From Eledone cirrhosa (taxonomy: Eukaryota): a DNA stretch of 64,000 bases. This document shows, one piece after another, positions 28,933-43,188 of the stretch. Both the position numbers and the translations under genes were made by a program. Within the stretch, counting starts at the first letter, position 1. Every line of letters starts with the position of its first letter. Below the pieces are notes generated by a model, which was given only the letters and a program-made list of their open reading frames with translations, was not told the origin of the DNA and searched no databases. The stretch covers positions 39,494,001-39,558,000 of the forward strand of contig OZ024741.1 of NCBI GenBank assembly GCA_964016885.1, given 5' to 3'.

Positions 28933-28935
<3 letters not shown>
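28615..28935 (+). mobile_element. TA-terminated element homologous to 59279-59905
   Basis: Reverse complement of ~59290-59610; contains CTGATGAAGGAC. Confidence 0.7.
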
Positions 28936-28993
<58 letters not shown>

Positions 28994-29743
28994 GTATGTG
29001 AGTTATTGGTATCCGAGTAGATGCGTGGGTGGCTATTTATTGTTGATGTTATGATGTGCCTGGATGAATCTGTCGTTCTGAAGAGAGAGCGAGTGTGTGT
29101 GAAAGTGTGTGTGTGTGTCTGTGAGAGAGAGAGAGTGAGTGTGTGTGTGTGTGTGAATGTGTGTATGTGTGTGTGTCTGTATCTGTGAGAGAGAGAGAGA
29201 GAGAGAGAGAGTGTGTGTGTGTGTGTGTGTGAATGAGTATGTGTGTGTGTCTGTGAGAGAGAGAGAGAGTGTGTGTGTGTGTGTGTGTGTGAATGTGTGT
29301 ATGTGTGTGTGTGTCTGTGTGTGTGAGAGAGAGAGAGCGAGAGAGAGAGAGATAGAGAGAGAGAGTGTGTGTGCGTGTGTGAATGTGTCTGTGTGTGTTT
29401 GTGTGTGAGAGAGCGAGAGAGAGAGTTAGAACAATGGTTGTATCACGTTGTGTAAACTGAAGGTAGCGTGGGTTGGTATGGACGGCAGCCATGCTGGAGA
29501 TGTCTGGCCTGGCAATATAGAATTAGCGGAAACATTGGTGAAGAGAATCCCGCGAAAGAAAGAGGAACAAAGAAAGAGTGGAGGATGTGGGGGCTGATAA
29601 TGTAGGGGGCAGTAAGTGGCAACGATGGCTATGGTATAGGTGTATGTGAGTGTATGTAGAGACGTAAACGTTAGGAGAATGTGAGAGAGACAGAGAGGAA
29701 GAGAAGAGAGAAGTAAAGGAAAGGAATGGTTGAAAGGAAACTA

Positions 29744-29789
<46 letters not shown>

Positions 29790-29925
29790 GAATGCAAGAA
29801 AGAAAGAAAGAGAGAAAGAAAGAGAGAATATAATATTTTAATTGAGAGCAAGAAACAACTAAAGGGAGAGGAAATTAAGTAAATATATATAAACAAATAT
29901 ATACATATACATATACACATATATA

Positions 29926-30265
29926 CAGCGTTCCCCGGCATTTGCAGTCCCGGCTATTTGCGGAATTTTCCATAGAAACCTAACTAATAATTGTTCGTGG
30001 AAACCACCGCAAATTCGCGGAATCGTAAATATCTTTCGCGATTTTTTATGGCTTTTTTGTGGCAATATATATATTTTTTTAACGCTAAAGTTTTAATAAC
30101 AATATACCGCATTTGCCGGCCTATTGGACGCCCCTTCGCATAACCGTATTTGCCGGCATATTTTGACGTTTATAGGCATTTTTATGGATCATGTCCAATT
30201 TTCGCTGTTTTCACTCTTCGCGGGTGTTCTAGGAACGTAACCTCTCGAATAACGGGGGACAACTA
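29926..30265. mobile_element. Tigger-like MITE
   Basis: Ends CAGCGTTCCCCGGCATTTGC / CGAATAACGGGGGACAACT, TA flanks. Confidence 0.55.
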
Positions 30266-30753
30266 TATGCATATACATACACACATATATATTAGTATAT
30301 ATATATATATATTTATTAAAATAACAGATTAAAGTTTAAGCAAAGAATCGCTGCTTTCACCCTTAACGGGATCTTCTGAAACTAAAAGAGTCAATCTGTG
30401 AACGAAGAAGTAAATATTTCAAAAAACGTTGCAACCGAAGGAAGGCAGGAAGACGATACTTTGGTTCGTGGAAATGTTCTCTGGCAAAGAACGAAAAAAA
30501 ATGAAGATTATACGTCATTATTTGGTGCAGTGAAAACAATTACACGCGAAGACAAAACCACGTTTATGGTATAAATGAAGTCGTAGACTAATACTCTCTT
30601 AGGTGGTTCATGGAGACGTTCTCTGGCAATGAACGGAATACACGAAGATATTACGTCATTATGTGGAGCGCTCTACGGTTCTTATATATCTGATATATAT
30701 TTATCCTTATCGAGCCCTCTTTTGATTTTAGTCTTCAAATTTATTATTATTAC

Positions 30754-30838
<85 letters not shown>

Positions 30839-31094
30839 CATATGTACATATGCACATATGCACATATATACATATATTGGTTAGTCTTCTGTCCTTTCCG
30901 ACGACGTGTATTCCAGTTGTTTCCACAATATTTGTGAAATTATCATGTAAATTGTTAAGCATTCTACAGTCCCGTATACCTTTAATGAATTGTTCGGGGT
31001 GATTCATTGTGATACACTCTGTGAATAAGCTGGTGAGTTTTACAATGTTTTGTGTCTATTCACTTCAAGCTCTATCTATTTGCCGCCTGAAATC

Positions 31095-31212
31095 ATTCAT
31101 CCAGATTCTGCTGCACGTCGAGCTGAGGCGGCCAAACTCTCCAAATACTGGTCGCTCTCCGACAGGTTTGCGGTCGTGCCCTTGGCAATGGAGACTTCTG
31201 GTTTCCTTCACA
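31095..31212 (+). mobile_element. CRE-like RLE remnant
   Basis: PDSAARRAEAAKLSKYWSLSDRFAVVPLAMETSGF, homologous to 19940-20225. Confidence 0.7.
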
Positions 31213-31638
31213 ATAAGGGGAATCACCCCAACACTTGAATCTGTTGATGGAACCCTTTCTGCCTTTGTCACCCTCATTTTAGCCTTAAAGAATTAGCTTT
31301 TAAAGAATTTACCTATTCTTTAAACCATTGAACCCCACCTATCCTGTAGACACCTGTCTTACAGGCATTGTTAGTCTAAGTCATAAACAAGGATTGGTAT
31401 TCCAAATTTGAATTTGTTTACAGTATTCTTTCTGCCTTTGTTAATATTATAGGTTTAAAGAATTAGCTTTTAAGGAAGTCCCTTTTCTTTAAATCCTTCA
31501 ACCAATGACTTCCACCCATCCCAAACCCCACCCTCTACTACCACCAGAAAAGAAAAGATATAAATACTACCACTTACTTGGACAGCCAGCTTCCTGATGG
31601 TTTCTCACGAATGAAACAGTTCTAGTCCTGTAGAATCT

Positions 31639-31886
<248 letters not shown>

Positions 31887-31970
31887 CAAATTTATACGGG
31901 AACAAAACAGAGAGGCAGACAAATAAAGGTTTATTAGGTTGACGCTTTTGAGTGTGGGGTGGGGGGGGGA

Positions 31971-31998
31971 GACGTTTCGGGCATAACCCCTTCTTCAG
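31971..31998 (-). ncRNA. Minimal hammerhead motif of the Penelope 3' end
   Basis: CUGAAGA-AGGGGUUAUGCCC-GAAACGUC; stem I not evident locally. Confidence 0.7.
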
Positions 31999-33358
31999 GA
32001 GTAAATAGGTTAGGAAGTGAGTTCAGAGGGTGTGTGGAAATACATTTAGAAAAAAGGGGGAAGGAGAACAAATAAAAATAAAAATAAACGTAAAAATAAA
32101 CATAAGAATAGACAATAAGATGAACATGTGGTGGAAGGGTGTGAGGCGTGTAAGGGTGGTGCCGGGTGGAGTTGGGAGAGGGAGGCGGGGTGTTGAAGCG
32201 GAGAAGGCTGAAGGTGGTGTTTGTGTATGTGTGTAGGTGTACGTGAGTGTGTGTGCGTGTGTATGCGAGAGTTTGAGGAAGTACGAGGTTCCATGTTCAG
32301 GAAAAGGTGTGTGCGTGCGTGAGGAAAGAGAGGGGTCAGAGGGTGGGGAGGTGACGTGTGGATTCCGGAGGTTGTGTATATGTGGGGGTACGCACGTGTG
32401 TGTTTGTGTTTATATGTGGTGTGGATGTGGGTGGCGTGGTGCAAACAAAATTTGTGAGTGTATGTTCATGGGTAAGGTCCTGAGGTAGTTCCGTCGGATG
32501 TGTGGAGCGGGGCTGGATATTTTTCATGTTATGGAGTGGATGGTTGGATAGGTGACCGATGGTGTAGAATCCAATGTTGGTGGTGGTCGGAAGTGGAGGG
32601 AAGTGGGGTGCGCGCGCAACAGGAAGTGGTCAGAGGGTCAAGGCAGGGTGAAGAGATAGCAGTAGAGCGGGATGACAGGTGGAGTGAGGTGAGGACTGTG
32701 TGTGTGTCTGTGTGTGCGGAGGTGCGGTGGACAGGGAAGAGGATGGGTAGGTGTGAAGGGTGGATGGGGAATGTGGTGAAGTGGGGCGATGGGTGTATAT
32801 TAGTAGAGGTGTTAGTGGGATGTGTGTGAGTGAAGGGGTGTGGGTGGAGAGGGGAGAGCGAGAGAGGGAGAGAAGAGGTGTTGGGGGACGGAGGAGGGAG
32901 TGCAGTGTACTGGTGTGTATGTGCGTGTTTGGATGAGTGTGTGTGTGTGGTAAAAGGGGTGTTAGTATTACATGTGTTGGGGAAAGGGTAAAAAGCGGGT
33001 GTGTAAGTGGGGTTAGTGGTGGTTGGGTGTGTGGAGTGGGTGGTGTACATAGATGTGTGTGTGTGATGGTGTGTGTTCGTGTGCGTGGGGTTTGGGGGTG
33101 GTTAGTGATGTTAGTTGTGGGGTGGTCGGAGTGGATGTGTGGGTGAGGGTTAGTGGTGGTAGTAGGGTGAGTGGATAGTGTGAGTGCGTGTATATATGTT
33201 CAGGTGGGTGTGTGCGTGTTAGGGGGAGGGCCGAAGGGTGGAGTGGGGGTGTTAGTATGTTAGTTGTGGGATGGGTCAAGTGGGTGGGGTGGTGAAAGGG
33301 GAAGTGTGTTAGAGGTGTTAGTGGGGGAATGTGTAGGGGAAGGGTGGGCGGTCGAAGG

Positions 33359-33613
33359 CTAAAAGAATAGGGGTGGGGAGTTCAGGCTGGGGGGTATGTG
33401 GGTCCGGAGGGTGAAGATGGTGCGTTGTTCGACCGTGAGGCGCGTGGCGGGTGTTCCATGGCATTGGAGTAGGCCACAGAATGTGAGGTGGTGGGCGGAA
33501 TGTCCAGGGGAGCGAAAGTGGCGGGCGATAGGGGAACTCCCACCGAGGCGAATATCCCGGAGGTGTTCCGTGAACCGGTCCGCCAGGCGACGTCCAGTCT
33601 GTCCGGCGTAGAT
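33359..33613 (-). pseudogene. Penelope GIY-YIG endonuclease C-terminal fragment
   Basis: [43 protein letters not shown] matches the YIGxT.R.L..R..EH / E...I..L.T..P.GLN pattern. Confidence 0.88.
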
Positions 33614-33666
33614 TTTGATGTATATATATATATATATACACACACACACATATATATATATGTGTG

Positions 33667-33742
<76 letters not shown>

Positions 33743-33907
33743 CACACACACACATATATATGTATGTATATATATATATATGTATATATATATGTATATA
33801 TATGTATATATATGTATATATATATATATGTATATATATATGTATATATATATATGTATATATATATATATAGTTTTAATATAGAAGATATAGATATACA
33901 GTATATG

Positions 33908-33999
<92 letters not shown>

Positions 34000-34050
34000 C
34001 TGTATATCTATATCTTCTATATTAAAACTATATATATATATATATATATA

Positions 34051-34220
<170 letters not shown>

Positions 34221-34257
34221 AGGGTGTTAAAGTTTGCTTGAAGCATTGTGAAATGTG

Positions 34258-34773
34258 TAAAAATACGTATTTAAGAAAGCCACACCAATGCAAAGGGAAA
34301 TCTCGAGGTAGGAAGTGAAATATAGATAGGAAAAACAGGTGAAAGTGAAAGTTGGGAGAGACAAAGATGAAAACAAAACAAAGGTAGAAGGGTTACCGTA
34401 GTAGAGATTTAATCCCAATATTTCGGGCTCACGCCCATCAACGGGGGAAAAATTCCAAAAGGGGGGAAAACAGGCCAAGTGGTGATGTCGTTAAGACAGG
34501 AATGCCGTTATTAACGGCATTCCTGTCTTAACGACATCACCACTTTCTCTGCTTGGCCTGTTTTCCCCCCTTTTGGAATTTTTGCCCCGTTGATGGGCGT
34601 GAGCCCGAAATATTGGGATTAAATCTCTACTACGGTAACCCTTCTACCTTTGTTTTGTTTTCATCTTTGTCTCTCCCAACTTTCACTTTCACCTGTTTTT
34701 CCTATCTATATTTCACTTCCTACCTCGAGATTTCCCTTTGCATTGTTGTGGCTTTCTTAAATACGTATTTTTA
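34258..34773. repeat. Long palindrome (~250-bp arms) with degenerate hammerhead in each arm
   Basis: Centre ATGCCGTTA-T-TAACGGCAT at 34511; CCCCG-TTGATGG-GCGTGAGCCC-GAAATATT-GGG at 34585-34617; a few arm mismatches and a ~9-nt indel. Confidence 0.9.
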
Positions 34774-36989
34774 TATATATATATATATTTATATATATAT
34801 ACACACACACACATGAAAATGTTGGAATCCCCAAACGCAGAAAATGACTGTAATAACAGCCGATCACTATAAATAATATCTGAGATAATCTGGTAAAATA
34901 CTCCAAGGGACGGAAAAGCTGGAGAAGGTGCTTTGATTGTGTTCCGTTTGGAATCAAGGAGGAAGACAATCAAGTTGGGTCTGAGTGTTTTTATATATTT
35001 GATGTGCCACAGTCTCTATTTCTTGCTTGGCTTTTCTTTATAAAACCAAGAATCATACATACATATATTTTCTGTTAATGGTAGATTAGTTACATAGAAA
35101 TTCGCTCACAAGATAATTGTGGATAAAACTAGCTCAAGATTTGACGCCGTGTGACTGATCCCGAAAGAACTTGGTTGCGAAACAACTAATATGCCGTTGA
35201 TATTAGAAAAGATCTCAAAGTAAAATGTGCCCAAAACGTTTTTAGAGCGCCAAATAAAATAACTCGCGATATTTTCCCCATGTGCTCTGAGTTCAAATGT
35301 TTGCCGAGGTAATATTGACCGTCATCCTTCCGGGGTCAATAAACTAATGTCCCAATCGAAGACGATGAAATTGCTAGAGTTTTGAACGTTACGCCTCGTG
35401 GTCTTGGTTCCACAACTTTGCATTCCGAGTTCAAATATCGCCTAAATATTGAAATCCCACTGATGATCAGGAGTTTTAACGCAATTGATTAAGAAAGCTG
35501 ATGTAGGTGGAGGAGGATTGTGGCCGAATGCTACTGAGCAGATCGATAATGAGGATGATTTGTTTGGGATGTCATGAAACTGAAAATCTTCTAAGCACAA
35601 TTCCGGAATCTCAAGCGTTTTGTAAATCTCGTTAAGAGTTAAAAATATCTTAATGCAAACGATTATCTTCATGTGTAACTAATCTACCATAATTAAACAG
35701 ATAATAAAACTTGAATGATTCTTGATTATAAAAGAAAACTGAAACAAAAAAGAGAGACAATAGTACATTAAATATATAGAAACTCTAAAACCCAACTCCT
35801 CTTAAGAGCTAGCTCAAGAACGAAATTATATATTTCGGCCAAGAAAATGTTCTATTTCGACTTCTACCGACAAATTTAGAATAGAATATTAAGGATCTAT
35901 TACTACCAAACACACACAGAAAGAGCAAAAGTGGATAATAGAAAATTGCTGTGTATGAAAGAGCAAAGTTTCATTCAGCGCAAGATCGAAATACAAATCT
36001 GGTTTTTCATTACATTACATAACATGTTACAATTTATTTAAACACAACAGTAATCGGAATAAACATATCGATTTGACGAAATTATTCCATATCTGTTTTA
36101 CAGGCCATCTAACAAGCAATGCTAAATTGCAATTTGTGGAAACGTTAGTGACCTTTGAATAACTCCAAAATGTGTTGCATTGACGGGAAACAGTTAAGCC
36201 TGCCAAATGACGAAACTAATCCTCCACCCCAAAATACTTTGTACACAATTTGTGTACGAAGACCATTTTTAAATTGCTTTTTATTTGACTGAGAGACAAG
36301 GTCATTTTTAATACTAGGATGAATTTTGATGGCTTCTCTTCACGATATTGTATCAGAATATTAAAGCAATTTTCTGCCATTCCTCACTGGTTAGAAATAA
36401 AGGAATATATAAGTAATTAACACATGTAGTCCTCGGTTTTAGGAAAATTGATGTAATCGAAACGATTATTATTTTAAACGTATGGTGGTGGTGTAGAAGT
36501 CATAGCATAAAGCCGGCCTCAATGTCGTATTATATTTAGATAGTGTCCACGAGGATGATGAATATAAAAGGTTTTGAATGTTTGATTTAATTGATCCTTG
36601 TACCACTGCCTTGGAATTCCTACTGGACGATGATCAGGCATTCTTACAACATAGCCAACCCATCGCAGCTGGTGATGAAATAGCTCAGCTTCAGTACTGT
36701 TGAGTCTGGACTAATCAATAATAGAAATTTTCAAATTCAAATTTACGATCACCTAATTGAACAAGCTGAGTATTTCTGTTATCTGGCTTTGCCAGAAATA
36801 CACGTCAGATATATACGTTTGTCGGGTCACGAAACTTAATGACTGCTTTAAGTATTTTGATTACCTTCTAAATTATAATTCCCTTAAACTTAATTAAATA
36901 CCAGCAATATACAATATTTGGCCAAACATCAAACGATTTATTGAATTGATTACGTTTCTTCTAAATGTGTGGGTTATCTCGACGAATTT

Positions 36990-37690
36990 ACAAATTTCTA
37001 TCTTAAATATATAACAGTTGTTGTTAATCATATAATTATTCAATAGCAATTAGTTGGCAAATGAGGAAAGCAGTGGACAAAATATTGTGATATAACCAGT
37101 GGCGATTCCTGGTACTCAAACCAGAGCAGGAAATGTTTAAAATAAAAACCATATAATTGATGTATGTTCAGTCATTCTACCAGTCGTTCATAATCATATA
37201 TTTATATTAAAATCGCATTCATTTATATAACTTAAGAATAATCTGTATGCCTTGCATTCGTGCAAGAATCACCCGTGTATTCTGTTTTAAGCTAGTTTAA
37301 CAATGAATTAGTCAACCTCTTACATAATTCTCAGCATAGAAACATGCTGACAGGTCTTTATAACGATCAAATTGGCACACATGTAATGCTTCTATAGTGC
37401 TGGGTAAAATAAGTACTGTGCAGACCTTGCAATTCAAAGCTATGTGGCAAGGATATTGTATAATGATAGGGAGTATCGTTAGTGCAGTGGCACCAAACTC
37501 ATGGCTTCTTATGTACCACAAAGGCAATGCAGTGTAGAACAGAAATTGCACAAACAACTACATCAGCAATGAACTGTAATAAATAAGCATATAATATACC
37601 AGCATCTTGAGAGTTTGATTATTAGCACTGGTTAGGGATGAAAGGGTCGGTGGGGTGACAGATACGGTGGGGTGCCATTCTAAATCCCTC
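36990..37690 (-). pseudogene. Possible highly decayed class A GPCR relic
   Basis: Across frameshifts: IADVVVCAISVLHCIAFVVHKKP(W)EFGATA.TILPII (TM2/EL1/TM3-like) and STAFLICQLIAI (TM7-like). Confidence 0.3.
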
Positions 37691-38869
37691 TAAATAGTAT
37701 TTAGTTACATTTCTTTACGTTTTGAGTTTGTTCAAATCTCACTAGGATTTAATTTTGCCTTTTATCCTTCCGAGATTGATAACATCCCCAATCGACTTCC
37801 TCCCTGTGATACATATTTCTCATATTCTAACTTCTCTAATATTGAAAATAAACTTTCCTCTCTAACTTATTCATAAACTGGCAAGTATAAAGTGAATACA
37901 CTACACTGTCCTTATCTCTTGCTTGAACATCTGCAACTGAACTTATCTTTAACGCTGGCAGAAAAATATTATCCTTCCTGATTACTCCACGTTAATTTGC
38001 TGTATATCTGTCCAATCCACACACGCGCAATCACCACAAAATGTTTCTCATATACACAACATGAAGGTGTTGATGGCTCAGTCAAGATCACCTGTAAGAC
38101 AAGGAAAAATACCCTTCCATGTACTGCGAGGTCTACAACCTCTTCTACTCCTCTATATAAACGTAAAAGTAATCATGGATGGCGCCTAGCATATAAATTA
38201 TTGAATCTCTTTTTGTGGTTGTTGTTTTACTCCCATGTCAGCTATGATTTATGATTGAGACCAAATATAAGCTCAAAGACACTCCAGCTACGACGAACCA
38301 GCATTTCTGTATATCTAGGAATAACTAGACACGTTCATTTTTTTTTAAGGCAATGTATCAAACATAAAATAATTTGTCTTCTTTTTCTAACAAACCAAGC
38401 ACAGAGACTGATTGTGTCCGATATTGGAAACTTCGGGAATAAAGACGTATATGAAACTATCTACAATACAAAGGAAACAAAAGGATGCACTTCTCAGAAC
38501 AGACTAAAGTAAATACGTTTCCTATGGTCTTCCTATTGCTGATATTTTCTGTCGGTCGCTAACCCTAGCAAAAGGAGATGTGATCAAAGCTCAAAACAAA
38601 CATTAACATCAGATATAGTAAAGCATCCTGCCCCACTCTTTAACAAATCCGTCAATCCACCACTCCATGATTAGATCCTTAGTTATCAAACTAAAAAAAA
38701 AAATGAAAAACAAAGATGATTTAGGAGGGATTTGAATTCAGAATGCCGGAAAATCAACGAGGCATTTAATCCGACTATGCTATTTTACTGCCAATATACT
38801 TACGTCTATTAAGAACCAGTAATACACTGGGATAATTGCTGGCCTTGTGTCAAAAGTAGAAACAAATAT

Positions 38870-40670
38870 ACTTACGTCTCAAACATGATATGTTGGTGTT
38901 ATTGCAAATTAAAACAAACCGATCAAACTTACTCTAAATATAAATACAACTTCACCAAGAATAGCTCGTTTACAAAACCTGTTCCCACAACCACCAATCT
39001 CGTTACCACGTCGAACCATGCTGCGCATGCCAATCCTGTCAGTGAAGATTATGAAGAGGAGAAGTGACAGTACGCACCACTGACAGAGTCCAATACCCAT
39101 ATTGAATGGTTTCGACTTAGCACCATATATCCGAACACAAGTACTCGGGCATTCATATAAGAGTCATCAAGGCAATAAGAAATTGTCCATCGATCTCATA
39201 TTCGTGCAGACTCTTCGACAACAGGTCCCGTTGAACGCGGCCACATTCCTTTTCGGGGTCTACGAAGCAAGTATTACATATCTTGGCAATACTTCCACTA
39301 TTTCTCAAAGATCTGTCGCAGCGTGAATATTTGGTCGGCTGTGCTGCATCAGGGGCGAAAACCACACCATTCATCAACTAGCATGTGGTCGATAATATCC
39401 CTACATCTCTTTGCCTGACACTTAGGAGAGACTTTAACGGAGAGACGTAACAACAAGATCCTTCTCTAATTAGAGTAATTTCTCTTGTCTCCATTTTTTA
39501 ATATAGGAATTATCACTCCCGATTCCCATTGCATTGGTGCCTTTCCAGAGATCTAGGCCAACCTGTACACACGAGTAAGCTAAAGAATACCTTCTCTATT
39601 TAAAGCTGTTATCATCTCAGACTGCATTTCATCCTCCCCAGCGGCCTTGTCACATATGCGCTTATGACCTCAGCCTTGGCGAAGTCAGTTATTGCTCACA
39701 GATGTACCCCGTGTACATCAGAAGATGCTGTTGTGGCCGTGTTTAGGATATTAGCAAAGTAGTTTTGCCACCTCACCAGGGTGCATCCATCTAAAGAAAG
39801 GATAACTCTCAGAAGTGTTCCTAGTAGCAGGCGTGGAAGAATGTCTGCCACAACTCTTGCTGATTTGAAGTCGGATGCCAGCTTAATCCCAAATCCTCCT
39901 ATGCCATACCTTTGGACGCCTTCACTGTCTTTACTGCGACTTTTCACGCCTGTTTTGTACCTCAAGTGCAGGAGGAGATTCAGGACGTATTGTCCAAGCA
40001 TTGTAATTGCTGAGATTGCTGTAAGTGGTAAAGCCATAGCGTGTAGATTACGTGGACAGAAGTCTAATAAGGCCTCTCCATTCGTATTTAGATCCCTTTA
40101 AATCACTTTTTTCCATATCAGGTAGTCCGGTGTCAACATGTGTATTGAAGCCTCCCATTAGGATATATAACTCAGTCATAACTGCATCTAACGCTGCAGT
40201 AACTTCATCAAGGAAAGGTCTGTATTCGATCTCGCTCTCGTATGGCGCATAAACTTTCATCACCCACAGAAAACTTTCTTTCATCCTAAGCCTCAAGAAG
40301 TAAATCCTCCCTCCTAATGATATCCAGTTTATAACAGATTATGACAGCCAAGGCCTTGTGAGTATCTACCCTATCGCATGTGCAGCATTCTATGGTGACA
40401 CGCCTGAATAGAGAACTTTCTATCCTCCATCCAAATCTGCCAAAACCACGGACATTTATTAAGGAAACCTCAACTATATCTAACCGGTAATATCTGGCTT
40501 CCTCTACTAGTTCCTACTACTAACTGTAAGGGGGGTAACGATCCAGTTATCAATTGTCAGGGTCTTTTCCGTTCGGGACCCTCTCTGGGGTCTCGGGTAT
40601 GTAACCTTTGTGCTTCCTTCTCACGACTCTCAGGACATGTTGCAGACACTTCACCGGATTTTGCGGCGCT
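38870..40670 (-). pseudogene. Decayed RTE LINE (APE endonuclease plus RT), internally deleted
   Basis: VYAP..FLDEV..ILMGGFNTHV; KAAGEDEM; GIGLCQWCVLSLLLFIIFTDRI. Confidence 0.8.
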
Positions 40671-40717
40671 GTGGGAGTGGGGTCAGATAGCAATATAATT
40701 TTTTAACATACCCCATA

Positions 40718-40777
<60 letters not shown>

Positions 40778-41239
40778 CGTGTGTGCGCGCGCGTGTGCAT
40801 GTGCGTATGTGTATATTTGAGTGTGTGTGTGTATGTGTGTGTGTGTGTGATGGAAGAAATGTTACTAGTTAAGGCCAAGTAAATTAGTATTTAACTTAAT
40901 ACTTTAAAGTAAAGTAAAGTTTAAATATAGGGATTCTTTGCATGGCCGTTAAGCATAAACCATTTCGATTGCTGTCGAATAAGATCAATAATAATATGTG
41001 GATGTGTGTGGGTAGATATATATGTATGAGTGTTTGTGCGTGCGGTGTCTATGTACGTGTGTGCGGTGTCTATGTACGTCTGTGCTTGGTAAACAGAGCA
41101 AGTGTATGTCAGCTTGATTACAATGTTTACCTTTTTTATTGTCAATGTACATATTGGTAAAGGGACGTATTTGTTGATTATTCACTACCAAAATCGAAAT
41201 ATAATCTATATAGGGATGTACCGTGTATCATTCGTCTGT

Positions 41240-41498
41240 CTCCTTCTACTCACTCTTTCTCTCTCTCTCCTTCTCTATCTCTTTCTCTCTTTCTCTCTCT
41301 CTCCTTCTCTATCTCTTTCTCTCTTTCTCACTCTCTCTCTTTATCTCTCTCTTTCTTTCTCTCTCTTTCACTCTCTCTCTCCTCTATTTCTCTCTCTTTC
41401 GCTCTCACTCACACTCTCTCTCTATCTCTCTCTTTCTCTCTTTCTCTCTTTCTCTCTTTCTCTCTTTCTGTCTCTCTGTCTCTCTCGTTCTTTTTCTC
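41240..41498. repeat. (CT)n-rich tract
   Basis: Direct inspection. Confidence 0.9.
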
Positions 41499-41561
<63 letters not shown>

Positions 41562-41569
<8 letters not shown>

Positions 41570-41899
41570 AGATCAAAAGATGGTTAAAGGAGTTCCATAT
41601 ATTTTATTATGCGCATTTCAAAAACAAACATCATCAAACAATAATATTTGCGTTTTCATCAGATAAAACAGGAGAACATGATATGAAGGCTAAAAAACAC
41701 TTGTTGATAGTGCAGTTTTAAATCAACATATATTTTGATTTAAAACTGCACTATCAACAAGTGTTTTTTAGCCTTCATATCATGTTCTCCTGTTTTATCT
41801 GATGAAAACGCAAATATTATTGTTTGATGATGTTTGTTTTTGAAATGCGCATAATAAAATATATGGAACTCCTTTAACCATCTTTTGATCTTATATTAT
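41562..41899. repeat. Palindrome (165-bp arms, 8-nt loop) with an intact hammerhead core in each arm
   Basis: Plus-strand hammerhead 41793-41859 and mirror 41602-41668; same family as ~27908-28075. Confidence 0.9.
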
Positions 41900-41982
41900 G
41901 CATACTCCAGTCCCACAAACTGTAGAGTGCTTCTTATCCGATATCTGCATTGCTTTATTGTACTACAATAAAACTCACCTCC

Positions 41983-42101
<119 letters not shown>

Positions 42102-42186
42102 GTGAGTATGTTTGTGCATATATATATAAATGTACATACTAATGTACTAATACACATTTACCGAAATTTGAATTTGTCTGCCTTTA

Positions 42187-42246
<60 letters not shown>

Positions 42247-42251
42247 TATAC

Positions 42252-42312
<61 letters not shown>

Positions 42313-43188
42313 ATACTCTTAGGTGCCCCTTGTACAGACACACGCCCACACGAACACACACACACATATATATATATATATGTATATATACGGGCATGAT
42401 ATACATACATACAGGTAGACACACATATATACATATATATATGCACATGTATGTATAAGTGCATGCCTACATTTATTGTGCAGCTGTAAGTCCTAACCGG
42501 TACTAGGTGCGTCTGTCAATTCAATCAATAAATTGACATCAAAATGTAAACAATGTTTATACACACACACACACATACATTATGTATGGTGCTCCACCAT
42601 GGCCTCAGCCTTTCGGGTAGAACACGTAATATAGTAATAGAGTAATATATAGACTGACACGTACACTCGCACAGAAAAACACACATGCATATATGTATAG
42701 GTACAATTGGAATATATACAAATATAATATTTATACATATTATTACATATATAAGTATGTATGTATACATAGATGTATGTACGAATACATACTTACATTT
42801 AAGTAATTGCCGTACTAAGAGTGAGAAATGAAATTTCGTTTCATTCTATTCCATTGCATATATACATATACATATATATATATATGTATATAATATATTA
42901 ATAAATGGAAACTATATTTATAAAACCATGTTTATTTTATTATACATATTTCAAGGGCAACCAAGGCAAATTATGGTGCGCTTTCATCATATAAAATACA
43001 GATTTGTTTTATAAATAAATATTGACATACCCGGAAAAAAAGACAACCCTAGCGGTTGGAGCTTCCTGGATAGCTCCAACCGCTAGGGTTGTCTTTTTTT
43101 CCGGGTATGTCAATATTTATTTATAAAACAAATCTGTATTTTATATGATGAAAGCGCACCATAATTTGCCTTGTTTGCCCTTGAAATA

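Noticed and set aside
35468-35578. Possible terminal exon GVLTQLIKKADVGGGGLWPNATEQIDNEDDLFGMS*
   Set aside because: No polypyrimidine tract before the AG and no recognisable homology or partner exons
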